This document shows, piece by piece, positions 35,900-47,400 of a stretch of DNA of 64,000 bases (positions within the stretch are counted from its first letter, which is position 1; each line of letters starts with the position of its first letter). The DNA is from Eledone cirrhosa. Its lineage: Eukaryota. The notes beneath the pieces are model-generated. The model did not search any database and was not told the origin of the DNA. It worked only from the letters and a program-made list of their open reading frames with translations. A program made the position numbers and the translations under genes. The stretch spans positions 29,450,001 through 29,514,000 of the forward strand of contig OZ024762.1 of the NCBI GenBank assembly GCA_964016885.1, in the 5' to 3' direction.

Positions 35900-38800
35900 G
35901 GTCAGACGCCATGTTAGGGTGGTGGGTTGGCAGTATTGGTAGAGGGTCAGATGTCAGGTTAGGGTGGTGGGTTGGCAGTATTGGTAGAGGGTCAGATGTC
36001 ATGTTAGGGTGGTGGGTTGGCAGTATTGGTAGAGGGTCAGATGTCAGGTTAGGGTTTTGGGTTGGCAGTAAGGGTAGAGGGTCAGATTTCAGGTTAGGGT
36101 TGTGGGTTGCCAGTATTGGTAGAGGGTCAGATGTCAGGTTAGGGTGGTGGGTTGGCAGTATTGGTAGAGGGTCAGATGTCAGGTTAGGGTGGTGGGTTGC
36201 CAGTATTGGTAGAGGGTCAGACGCCATGTTAGGGTGGTGGGTTGGCAGTATTGGTAGAGGGTCAGATGTCATGTTAGGGTGGTGGGTTGGCAGTATTGGT
36301 AGAGGGTCAGATGTCATGTGAGGGTGGTGGGTTGGCAGTATTGGTAGAGGGTCAGATGTCAGGTTAGGGTGGTGGGTTGGCAGTAAGGGTAGAGGGTCAG
36401 ATGTCAGGTTAGGGTGGTGGGTTGCCAGTATTGGTAGAGGGTCAGATGTCAGGTTAGGGTGGTGGGTTGGCAGTATTGGTAGAGGGTCAGATGTCAGGTT
36501 AGGGTGGTGGGTTGGCAGTATTGGTAGAGGGTCAGACGCCATGTTAGGGTGGTGGGTTGGCAGTATTGGTAGAGGGTCAGATGTCATGTTAGGGTGGTGG
36601 GTTGGCAGTATTGGTAGAGGGTCAGATGTCAGGTTAGGGTGGTGGGTTGGCAGTAAGGGTAGAGGGTCAGATGTCAGGTTAGGGTGGTGGGTTGCCAGTA
36701 TTGGTAGAGGGTCAGATGTCAGGTTAGGGTGGTGGGTTGGCAGTATTGGTAGAGGGTCAGACGTCAGGTTAGGGTGGTGGGTTGGCAGTATTGGTAGAGG
36801 GTCAGATGTCAGGTTAGGGTGGTGTGTTGGCAGTATTGGTAGAGGGTCAGATGTCATGTTAGGGTGGTGGGTTGGCAGTATTGGTAGAGGGTCAGATGTC
36901 ATGTTAGGGTGGTGGGTTGGCAGTATTGGTAGAGGATCAGAAGTCATGTTAGGGTGGTGGGTTGGCAGTATTGGTAGAGGGTCAGATGTCAGGTTAGGGT
37001 GGTGGTTTGGCAGTATTGGTAGAGGGTCAGATGTCATGTTAGGGTGGTGGTTTGGCAGTAAGGGTAGAGGGTCAGATGTCAGGTTAGGGTGGTGGGTTGT
37101 CAGTAAGGGTAGAGGGTCAGATGTCAGGTTAGGGTGGTGGGTTGGCAGTAAGGGTAGAGGGTCAGATGTCAGGTTAGGGTGGTGGGTTGGCAGTAAGGGT
37201 AGAGGGTCAGATGTCAGGTTAGGGTGGTGGGTTGGCAGTAAGGGTAGAGGGTCAGATGTCATGTTAGGGTGGTGGGTTGGCAGTAAGGATAGAGGGTCAG
37301 ATGTCATGTTAGGGTGGTGGGTTGGCAGTAAGGGTAGAGGGTCAGACACCATGTTAGGGTGGTGGGTTGGCAGTTAGGGTAGAGGGTCAGATTTCATGTT
37401 ATGGTGGTGGGTTGGCAGTAAGGGTAGAGGGTCAGATGTCAGGTTAGGGTGGTGGGTTGTCAGTAAGGGTAGAGGGTCAGATGTCAGGTTAGGGTGGTGG
37501 GTTGGCAGTAAGGGTAGAGGGTCAGATGTCATGTTAGGGTGGTGGGTTTGCAGTATTGGTAGAGGGTCAGATGTCAGGTTAGGGTGGTGGGTTGGCAGTA
37601 TTGGTAGAGGGTCACATGTCAGGTTAGGGTGGTGGTTTGGCAGTATTGGTAGAGGGTCAGATGTCAGGTTAGGGTGGTGGTTTGGCAGTATTGGTAGAGG
37701 GTCAGATGTCATGTTAGGGTGGTGGTTTGGCAGTAAGGGTAGAGGGTCAGATGTCATGTTAGGGTGGTTGGTTGGCAGGAAGGGTAGAGGGTCAGATGTC
37801 ATGTTAGGGTGGTGGGTTGGCAGTATTGGTAGAGGGTCAGACGCCATGTTAGGGTGGTGGGTTGGCAGTATTGGTAGAGGGTCAGATGTCATGTTAGGGT
37901 GGTGGGTTGGCAGTATTGGTAGAGGGTCAGATGTCATGTTAGGGTGGTGGGTTGGCAGTATTGGTAGAGGGTCAGATGTCAGGTTAGGGTTTTGGGTTGG
38001 CAGTAAGGGTAGAGGGTCAGATGTCAGGTTAGGGTTGTGGGTTGCCAGTATTGGTAGAGGGTCAGATGTCAGGTTAGGGTGGTGGGTTGCCAGTATTGGT
38101 AGAGGGTCAGATGTCAGGTTAGGGTGGTGGGTTGGCAGTATTGGTAGAGGGTCAGATGTCAGGTTAGGGTGGTGGGTTGGCAGTATTGGTAGAGGGTCAG
38201 ACGCCATGTTAGGGTGGTGGGTTGGCAGTATTGGTAGAGGGTCAGATGTCATGTTAGGGTGGTGGGTTGGCAGTATTGGTAGAGGGTCAGATGTCAGGTT
38301 AGGGTGGTGGGTTGGCAGTATTGGTAGAGGGTCAGATGTCAGGTTAGGGTGGTGGGTTGGCAGTAAGGGTAGAGGGTCAGATGTCAGGTTAGGGTGGTGG
38401 GTTGCCAGTATTGGTAGAGGGTCAGATGTCAGGTTAGGGTGGTGGGTTGGCAGTATTGGTAGAGGGTCAGACGTCAGGTTAGGGTGGTGGGTTGGCAGTA
38501 TTGGTAGAGGGTCAGATGTCAGGTTAGGGTGGTGTGTTGGCAGTATTGGTAGAGGGTCAGATGTCATGTTAGGGTGGTGGGTTGGCAGTATTGGTAGAGG
38601 GTCAGATGTCATGTTAGGGTGGTGGGTTGGCAGTATTGGTAGAGGATCAGAAGTCATGTTAGGGTGGTGGGTTGGCAGTATTGGTAGAGGGTCAGATGTC
38701 AGGTTAGGGTGGTGGTTTGGCAGTATTGGTAGAGGGTCAGATGTCATGTTAGGGTGGTGGTTTGGCAGTAAGGGTAGAGGGTCAGATGTCATGTTAGGGT

Positions 38801-41420
38801 GGTGGGTTGGCAGTAAGGGTAGAGGGTCAGATGTCAGTTTAGGGTGGTGGTTTGGCAGGAAGGGTAGAGGGTCAGACGCCATGTTAGGGTGGTGGGTTGG
38901 CAGTATTGGTAGAGGGTCAGATGTCATGTTAGGGTGGTGGGTTGGCAGTATTGGTAGAGGGTCAGATGTCATGTTAGGGTGGTGGGTTGGCAGTATTGGT
39001 AGAGGGTCAGATGTCAGGTTAGGGTGGTGGGTTGGCAGTAAGAGTAGAGGGTCAGATGTCAGGTTAGGGTGGTGGGTTGCCAGTATTGGTAGAGGGTCAG
39101 ATGTCAGGTTAGGGTGGTGGGTTGGCAGTATTGGGAGAGGGTCAGATGTCAGGTTAGGGTGGTGGGTTGGCAGTATTGGTAGAGGCTCAGATGTCAGGTT
39201 AGGGTGGTGGGTTGGCAGTAAGGGTAGAGGGTCAGATGTCAGTTTAGGGTGGTGGTTTGGCAGGAAGGGTAGAGGGTCAGATGTCATGTTAGGGTGGTGG
39301 GTTGGCAGTATTGGTAGAGGGTCAGATGTCATGTTAGGGTGGTGGGTTGGCAGTATTGGTAGAGGATCAGATGTCATGTTAGGGTGGTGGGTTGGCAGTA
39401 TTGGTAGAGGGTCAGATGTCAGGTTAGGGTGGTGGGTTGGCAGTAAGGGTAGAGGGTCAGATGTCAGGTTAGGGTGGTGGGTTGGCAGTATTGGTAGAGG
39501 GTCAGATGTCAGGTTAGGGTGGTGGGTTGGCAGTAAGGGTATAGGGTCAGATGTCAGGTTAGGGTGGTGGGTTGGCAGTAAGGGTAGAGGGTCAGATGTC
39601 AGGTTATGGTGGTGGGTTGGCAGTATTGGTAGAGGGTCAGATGTCAGGTTAGGGTGATGGGTTGGCAGTATTGGTAGAGGGTCAGATGTCAGGTTAGGGT
39701 GGTGGGTTGGCAGTATTGGTAGAGGGTCATATGTCAGGTTAGGGTGGTGGGTTGGCAGTAAGGGTAGAGGGTCAGATTCATGTTAGGGTGGTGGGTTGGC
39801 AGTATTGGTAGAGGGTCAGATGTCAGGTTAGGGTGGTGGGTTGTCAGTAAGGGTAGAGGCTCAGATGTTAGGTTAGGGTGGTGGGTTGTCAGTAAGGGTA
39901 GAGGGTCAGATGTCAGGTTAGGGTGGTGGGTTGGCAGTAAGGGTAGAGGGTCAGATGTCATGTTAGGGTGGTGGGTTGGCAGTAAGGGTAGAGGGTCAGA
40001 TGTCATGTTAGGGTGGTGGGTTGGCAGTAAGGGTAGAGGGTCAGGCACCATGTTAGGGTGGTGGGTTGGCAGTAAGGTTAGAGGGTCAGATGTCATGTTA
40101 GGGTGGTGGGTTGGCAGTAAGGGTAGAGGGTCAGATGTCAGGTTAGGGTGGTGGGTTGTCAGTAAGGGTAGAGGGTCAGATGTCAGGTTAGGGTGGTGGG
40201 TTGGCAGTAAGGGTAGAGGGCCAGATGTCATGTTAGGGTGGTGGGTTTGCAGTATTGGTAGAGGGTCAGATGTCAGGTTAGGGTGGTGGGTTGGCAGTAT
40301 TGGTAGAGGGTCACATGACAGGTTAGGGAGGTGGTTTGGCAGTATTGGTAGAGGGTCAGATGTCAGGTTAGGGTGGTGGTTTGGCAGTATTGGTAGAGGG
40401 TCAGATGTCATGTTAGGGTGGTGGTTTGGCAGTAAGGGTAGAGGGTCAGATGTCCTGTTAGGGTGGTGGGTTGGCAGTAAGGGTAGAGGGTCAGATGTCA
40501 TGTTAGGGTGGTGGGTTGGCAGTATTGGTAGAGGGTCAGACGCCATGTTAGGGTGGTGGGTTGGCAGTATTGGTAGAGGGTCAGATGTCATGTTAGGGTG
40601 GTGGGTTGGCAGTATTGGTAGAGGGTCAGATGTCAGGTTAGGGTGGTGGGTTGGCAGTAAGGGTAGAGGGTCAGATGTCAGGTTAGTGTGGTGGGTTGCC
40701 AGTATTGGTAGAGGGTCAGATGTCAGGTTAGGGTGGTGGGTTGGCAGTATTGGTAGAGGGTCAGATGTCAGGTTAGGGTGGTGGGTTGGCAGTATTGGTA
40801 GAGGGTCAGACGCCATGTTAGGGTGGTGGGTTGGCAGTATTGGTAGAGGGTCAGATGTCATGTTAGGGTGGTGGGTTGGCAGTATTGGTAGAGGGTCAGA
40901 TGTCATGTTAGGGTGGTGGGTTGGCAGTATTCGTAGAGGGTCAGATGTCAGGTTAGGGTGGTGGGTTGGCAGTAAGGGTAGAGGGTCAGATGTCAGGTTA
41001 GGGTGGTGGGTTGCCAGTATTGGTAGAGGGTCAGATGTCAGGTTAGGGTGGTGGGTTGGCAGTATTGGTAGGGTCAGATGTCAGGTTAGGGTGGTGGGTT
41101 GGCAGTATTGGTAGAGGGTCAGACGCCATGTTAGGGTGGTGGGTTGGCAGTATTGGTAGAGGGTCAGATGTCAGGTTAGGGTGGTGGGTTGGCAGTATTG
41201 GTAGAGGGTCAGATGTCATGTTAGGGTGGTGGGTTGGCAGTATTGGTAGAGGGTCAGATGTCAGGTTAGGGTGATGGGTTGGCAGTAAGCGTAGAGGTTC
41301 AGATGTCAGGTTAGGGTGGTGGTTTGCCAGTATTGTTAGAGGGTCAGATGTCAGGTTAGGGTGGTGGGTTTTCAGTATTGGTAGAGGGTCAGATGTCAGG
41401 TTAGGGTGGTGGGTTGGCAG
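35900..41420 (+). repeat. Long-range copy of about 22.45-28.0 kb (offset about 13.3-13.45 kb)
   Basis: Paired landmarks are 22871/36321, 23924/37374, the G-deletion at 26462/39777, the AG-deletion at 27665/41070 and 27869/41274. Offsets differ only by whole monomers (13450, 13315, 13405). Confidence 0.85.
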
Positions 41421-44400
41421 TATTGGTAGAGGGTCAGACGCCATGTTAGGGTGGTGGGTTGGCAGTATTGGTAGAGGGTCAGATGTCATGTTAGGGTGGT
41501 GGGTTGGCAGTATTGGTAGAGGGTCAGATGTCAGGTTAGGGTGGTGGGTTGGCAGTAAGGGTAGAGGGTCAGATGTCAGGTTAGGGTGGTGGGTTGCCAG
41601 TATTGGTAGAGGGTCAGATGTCAGGTTAGGGTGGTGGGTTGGCAGTATTGGTAGAGGGTCAGACGTCAGGTTAGGGTGGTGGGTTGGCAGTATTGGTAGA
41701 GGGTCAGATGTCAGGTTAGGGTGGTGTGTTGGCAGTATTGGTAGAGGGTCAGATGTCATGTTAGGGTGGTGGGTTGGCAGTATTGGTAGAGGGTCAGATG
41801 TCATGTTAGGGTGGTGGGTTGGCAGTATTGGTAGAGGATCAGAAGTCATGTTAGGGTGGTGGGTTGGCAGTATTGGTAGAGGGTCAGATGTCAGGTTAGG
41901 GTGGTGGTTTGGCAGTATTGGTAGAGGGTCAGATGTCATGTTAGGGTGGTGGTTTGGCAGTAAGGGTAGAGGGTCAGATGTCAGGTTAGGGTGGTGGGTT
42001 GTCAGTAAGGGTAGAGGGTCAGATGTCAGGTTAGGGTGGTGGGTTGGCAGTAAGGGTAGAGGGTCAGATGTCAGGTTAGGGTGGTGGGTTGGCAGTAAGG
42101 GTAGAGGGTCAGATGTCAGGTTAGGGTGGTGGGTTGGCAGTAAGGGTAGAGGGTCAGATGTCATGTTAGGGTGGTGGGTTGGCAGTAAGGATAGAGGGTC
42201 AGATGTCATGTTAGGGTGGTGGGTTGGCAGTAAGGGTAGAGGGTCAGACACCATGTTAGGGTGGTGGGTTGGCAGTTAGGGTAGAGGGTCAGATTTCATG
42301 TTATGGTGGTGGGTTGGCAGTAAGGGTAGAGGGTCAGATGTCAGGTTAGGGTGGTGGGTTGTCAGTAAGGGTAGAGGGTCAGATGTCAGGTTAGGGTGGT
42401 GGGTTGGCAGTAAGGGTAGAGGGTCAGATGTCATGTTAGGGTGGTGGGTTTGCAGTATTGGTAGAGGGTGCGATGTCAGGTTAGGGTGGTGGGTTGGCAG
42501 TAAGGGTAGAGTGTCAGACACCATGTTAGGGTGGTGGGTTGGCAGTAAGGGTAGAGGGTCAGACACCATGTTAGGGTGATGGGTTGGCAGTAAGGGTAGA
42601 GGGTCAGATGCCATGTTAGGGTGGTGGGTTGGCAGTAAGGGTAGAGGGTCAGATGCCATGTTATGGTGGTGGGTTGGCAGTAAGGGTAGAGGGTCAGATG
42701 TCATGTTAGGGTGGTGGTTTGGCAGTAAGGGTAGAGGGTCAGATGTCAGGTTAGGGTGGTGGGTTGTCAGTAAGGGTAGAGGGTCAGATGTCAGGTTAGG
42801 GTGGTGGGTTGGCAGTAAGGGTAGAGGGTCAGATGTCAGGTTAGGGTGGTGGGTTGTTAGTAAGGGTAGAGGGTCAGATGTCAGGTTAGGGTGGTGGGTT
42901 GTCAGTAAGGGTAGAGGGTCAGATGTCAGGTTAGGGTGGTGGGTTGGCAGTAAGGGTAGAGAGTCAGATGTCAGGTTAGGGTGGTGGGTTGGCAGTAAGG
43001 GTAGAGGGTCAGATGTCAGGTTAGGGTGGTGGGTTGGCAGTAAGGTTAGAGGGTCAGATGTCATGTTAGGGTGGTGGGTTGGCAGTAAGGGTAGAGGGTC
43101 AGATGTCATGTTAGGGTGGTGGGTTGGCAGTAAGGGTAGAGGGTCAGACACCATGTTAGGGTGGTGGGTTGGCAGTTAGGGTAGAGGGTCAGATGTCATG
43201 TTAGGGTGGTGGGTTGGCAGTAAGGGTAGAGGGTCAGATGTCAGGTTAGGGTGGTGGGTTGTCAGTAAGGGTAGAGGGTCAGATGTCAGGTTAGGGTGGT
43301 GGGTTGGCAGTAAGGGTAGAGGGTCAGATGTCATGTTAGGGTGGTGGGTTTGCAGTATTGGTAGAGGGTCAGATGTCAGGTTAGGGTGGTGGGTTGGCAG
43401 TATTGGTAGAGGGTCACATGTCAGGTTAGGGTGGTGGTTTGGCAGTATTGGTAGAGGGTCAGATGTCAGGTTAGGGTGGTGGTTTGGCAGTATTGGTAGA
43501 GGGTCAGATGTCAAGTTAGGGTGGTGGTTTGGCAGTAAGGGTAGAGGGTCAGATGTCATGTTAGGGTGGTGGGTTGGCAGGAAGGGTAGAGGGTCAGATG
43601 TCATGTTAGGGTGGTGGGTTGGCAGTATTGGTAGAGGGTCAGACGCCATGTTAGGGTGGTGGGTTGGCAGTATTGGTAGAGGGTCAGATGTCATGTTAGG
43701 GTGGTGGGTTGGCAGTAAGGGTAGAGGGTCAGATGTCAGGTTAGGGTGGTGGGTTGCCAGTATTGGTAGAGGGTCAGATGTCAGGTTAGGGTGGTGGGTT
43801 GGCAGTATTGGTAGAGGGTCAGATGTCAGGTTAGGGTGGTGGGTTGGCAGTATTGGTAGAGGGTCAGATGTCATGTTAGGGTGGTGGGTTGGCAGTATTG
43901 GTAGAGGGTCAGATGTCAGGTTATGGTGGTGGGTTGGCAGTAAGGGTAGAGGCTCAGATGTCAGGTTAGGGTGGTGGGTTGCCAGTATTGGTAGAGGGTC
44001 AGATGTCAGGTTAGGGTGGTGGGTTGGCAGTATTGGTAGAGGGTCCGATGTCAGGTTAGGGTGGTGGGTTGGCAGTAAGTGTAGAGTGTCAGACACCATG
44101 TTAGGGTGGTGGGTTGGCAGTAAGGGTAGAGGGTCAGACACCATGTTAGGGTGATGGGTTGGCAGTAAGGGTAGAGGGTCAGATGCCATGTTAGGGTGGT
44201 GGGTTGGCAGTAAGGGTAGAGGGTCAGATGCCATGTTATGGTGGTGGGTTGGCAGTAAGGGTAGAGGGTCAGATGTCATGTTAGGGTGGTGGTTTGGCAG
44301 TAAGGGTAGAGGGTCAGATGTCAGGTTAGGGTGGTGGGTTGTCAGTAAGGGTAGAGGGTCAGATGTCAGGTTAGGGTGGTGGGTTGGCAGTAAGGGTAGA

Positions 44401-47400
44401 GTGTCAGATGTCAGGTTAGGGTGGTGGGTTGTCAGTAAGGGTAGAGGGTCAGATGTCAGGTTAGGGTGGTGGGTTGTCAGTAAGGGTAGAGGGTCAGATG
44501 TCAGGTTAGGGTGGTGGGTTGGCAGTAAGGGTAGAGGGTCAGATGTCAGGTTAGGGTGGTGGGTTGGCAGTAAGGGTAGAGGGTCAGATGTCAGGTTAGG
44601 GTGGTGGGTTGGCAGTAAGGGTAGAGGGTCAGATGTCATGTTAGGGTGGTGTGTTGGCAGTAAGGGTAGAGGGTCAGATGTCATGTTAGGGTGGTGGGTT
44701 GGCAGTAAGGGTAGAGGGTCAGACACCATGTTAGGGTGGTGGGTTGGCAGTTAGGGTAGAGGGTCAGATGTCATGTTATGGTGGAGGGTTGGCAGTAAGG
44801 GTAGAGGGTCAGATGTCAGGTTAGGGTGGTGGGTTGTCAGTAAGGGTAGAGGGTCAGATGTCAGGTTAGGGTGGTGGGTTGGCAGTAAGGGTAGAGGGTC
44901 AGATGTCATGTTAGGGTGGTGGGTTGGCAGTATTGGTAGAGGGTCAGATGTCATGTTAGGGTGGTGGGTTGGCAGTATTGGTAGAGGATCAGATGTCATG
45001 TTAGGGTGGTGGGTTGGCAGTATTGGTAGAGGGTCAGATGTCAGGTTAGGGTGGTGGGTTGGCAGTAAGGGTAGAGGGTCAGATGTCAGGTTAGGGTGGT
45101 GGGTTGGCAGTAAGCGTAGAGGGTCAGATGTCAGGTTAGGGTGGTGGGTTGGCAGTATTGGTAGAGGGTCAGATGTCATGTTAGGGTGGTGGGTTGGCAG
45201 TATTGGTAGAGGGTCCGATGTCAGTTTGGGTGGTGGGTTGGCAGTAAGGGTAGAGTGTCAGACACCATGTTAGGGTGGTGGGTTGGCAGTAAGGGTAGAG
45301 GGTCAGATGTCAGGTTAGGGTGGTGGGTTGGCAGTAAGGGTAGAGGGTCAGATGTCAGGTTAGGGTGGTGGGTTGTCAGTAAGGGTAGAGGGTCAGATGT
45401 CATGTTAGGGTGGTGGGTTGTCAGTAAGGGTAGAGGGTCAGATGTCAGGTTAGGGTGGTGGGTTGGCAGTAAGGGTAGAGGGTCAGATGTCAGGTTAGGG
45501 TGGTGGGTTGTCAGTAAGGGTAGAGGGTCAGATGTCATGTTAGGGTGGTGGGTTGTCAGTAAGGGTAGAGGGTCAGATGTCAGGTTAGGGTGGTGGGTTG
45601 GCAGTATTGGTAGAGGGTCAGATGTCAGGTTAGGGTGGTGGGTTGGTAGTAAGGGTAGAGGGTCAGATGTCATTTTAGGGTGGTGGGTTGGCAGTATTGG
45701 TAGAGGGTCAGATGTCAGGTTAGGGTGGTAGATTGGCAGTATTGGTAGAGGGTCAGATGTGAGGTTAGGGTGGTGGTTTGGCAGTAAGGTTAGAGGGTCA
45801 GATGTCAGGTTAGGGTGGTGGGTTGGCAGTAAGGGTAGAGGGTCAGATGTCATGTTAGGGTGGTGGGTTTGCAGTATTGGTAGAGTGTCAGATGTCAGGT
45901 TAGGGTGGTGGGTTGGCAGTATTGGTAGAGGATCACATGTCAGGTTAGGGTGGTGGTTTGGCAGTATTGGTAGAGGGTCAGATGTCATGTTAGGGTGGTG
46001 GTTTGGCAGTATTGGTAGAGGGTCAGATGTCATGTTAGGGTGGTGGTTTGGCAGTAAGGGTAGAGGGTCAGATATCATGTTAGGGTGGTGGGTTGGCAGT
46101 AAGGGTAGAGGGTCAGATGTCATGTTAGGGTGGTGGGTTGGCAGTATTGGTAGAGGGTCAGACGCCATGTTAGGGTGGTGGGTTGGCAGTATTGGTAGAG
46201 GGTCAGATGTCATGTTAGGGTGGTGGGTTGGCAGTATTGGTAGAGGGTCAGATGTCATGTTAGGGTGGTGGGTTGGCAGTATTGGTAGAGGGTCAGATGT
46301 CAGGTTAGGGTGGTGGGTTGGCAGTAAGAGTAGAGGCTCAGATGTCAGGTTAGGGTGGTGGGTTGCCAGTATTGGTAGAGGGTCAGATGTCAGGTTAGGG
46401 TGGTGGGGTGGCAGTATTGGTAGAGGGTCAGATGTCAGGTTAGGGTGGTGGGTTGGCAGTATTGGTAGAGGGTCAGATGTCAGGTTAGTGTGGTGGGTTG
46501 GCAGTATTGGTAGAGGGTCAGATGTCAGGTTAGGGTGGTGGGTTGGCAGTAAGGGTAGAGGGTCAGACACCATGTTAGGGTGGTGGGTTGTCAGTAAGGG
46601 TAGAGGCTCAGATGTCAGGTTAGGGTGGTGGGTTGGCAGTAAGGGTAGAGGGTCAGATGTCAGGTTAGGGTGGTGGGTTGTCAGTAAGGGTAGAGGCTCA
46701 GATGTCATGTTAGGGTGGTGGGTTGTCAGTAAGGGTAGAGGGTCAGATGTCAGGTTAGGGTGGTGGGTTGGCAGTAAGGGTAGAGGATCAGATGTCAGGT
46801 TAGGGTGGTGGGTTGGCAGTAAGGGTAGAGGGTCAGATGTCAGGTTAGGGTGGTGGGTTGGCAGTAAGGGTAGAGGGTCAGATGTCATGTTAGGGTGGTG
46901 GGTTGGCAGTAAGGGTAGAGGGTCAGACACCATGTTAGGGTGGTGGGTTGGCAGTAAGGGTATAGGGTCAGATGTCATGTTAGGGTGGTGGGTTGGCAGT
47001 AACGGTAGAGGGTCAGATGTCAGGTTAGGGTGGTGGGTTGTCAGTAAGGGTAGAGGGTCAGATGTCAGGTTAGGGTGGTGGGTTGGCAGTAAGGGTAGAG
47101 GGTCAGATGTCATGTTAGGGTGGTGGGTTTGCAGTATTGGTAGAGGGTCAGATGTCAGGTTAGGGTGGTGGGTTGGCAGTATTGGTAGAGGGTCACATGT
47201 CAGGTTAGGGAGGTGGTTTGGCAATATTGGTAGAGGGTCAGATGTCAGGTTAGGGTGGTGGTTTGGCAGTATTGGTAGATGGTCAGATGTCATGTTAGGG
47301 TGGTGGTTTGGCAGTAAGGGTAGAGGGTCAGATGTCATGTTAGGGTGGTGGGTTGGCAGTAAGGGTAGAGGGTCAGATGTCATGTTAGGGTGGTGGGTTG

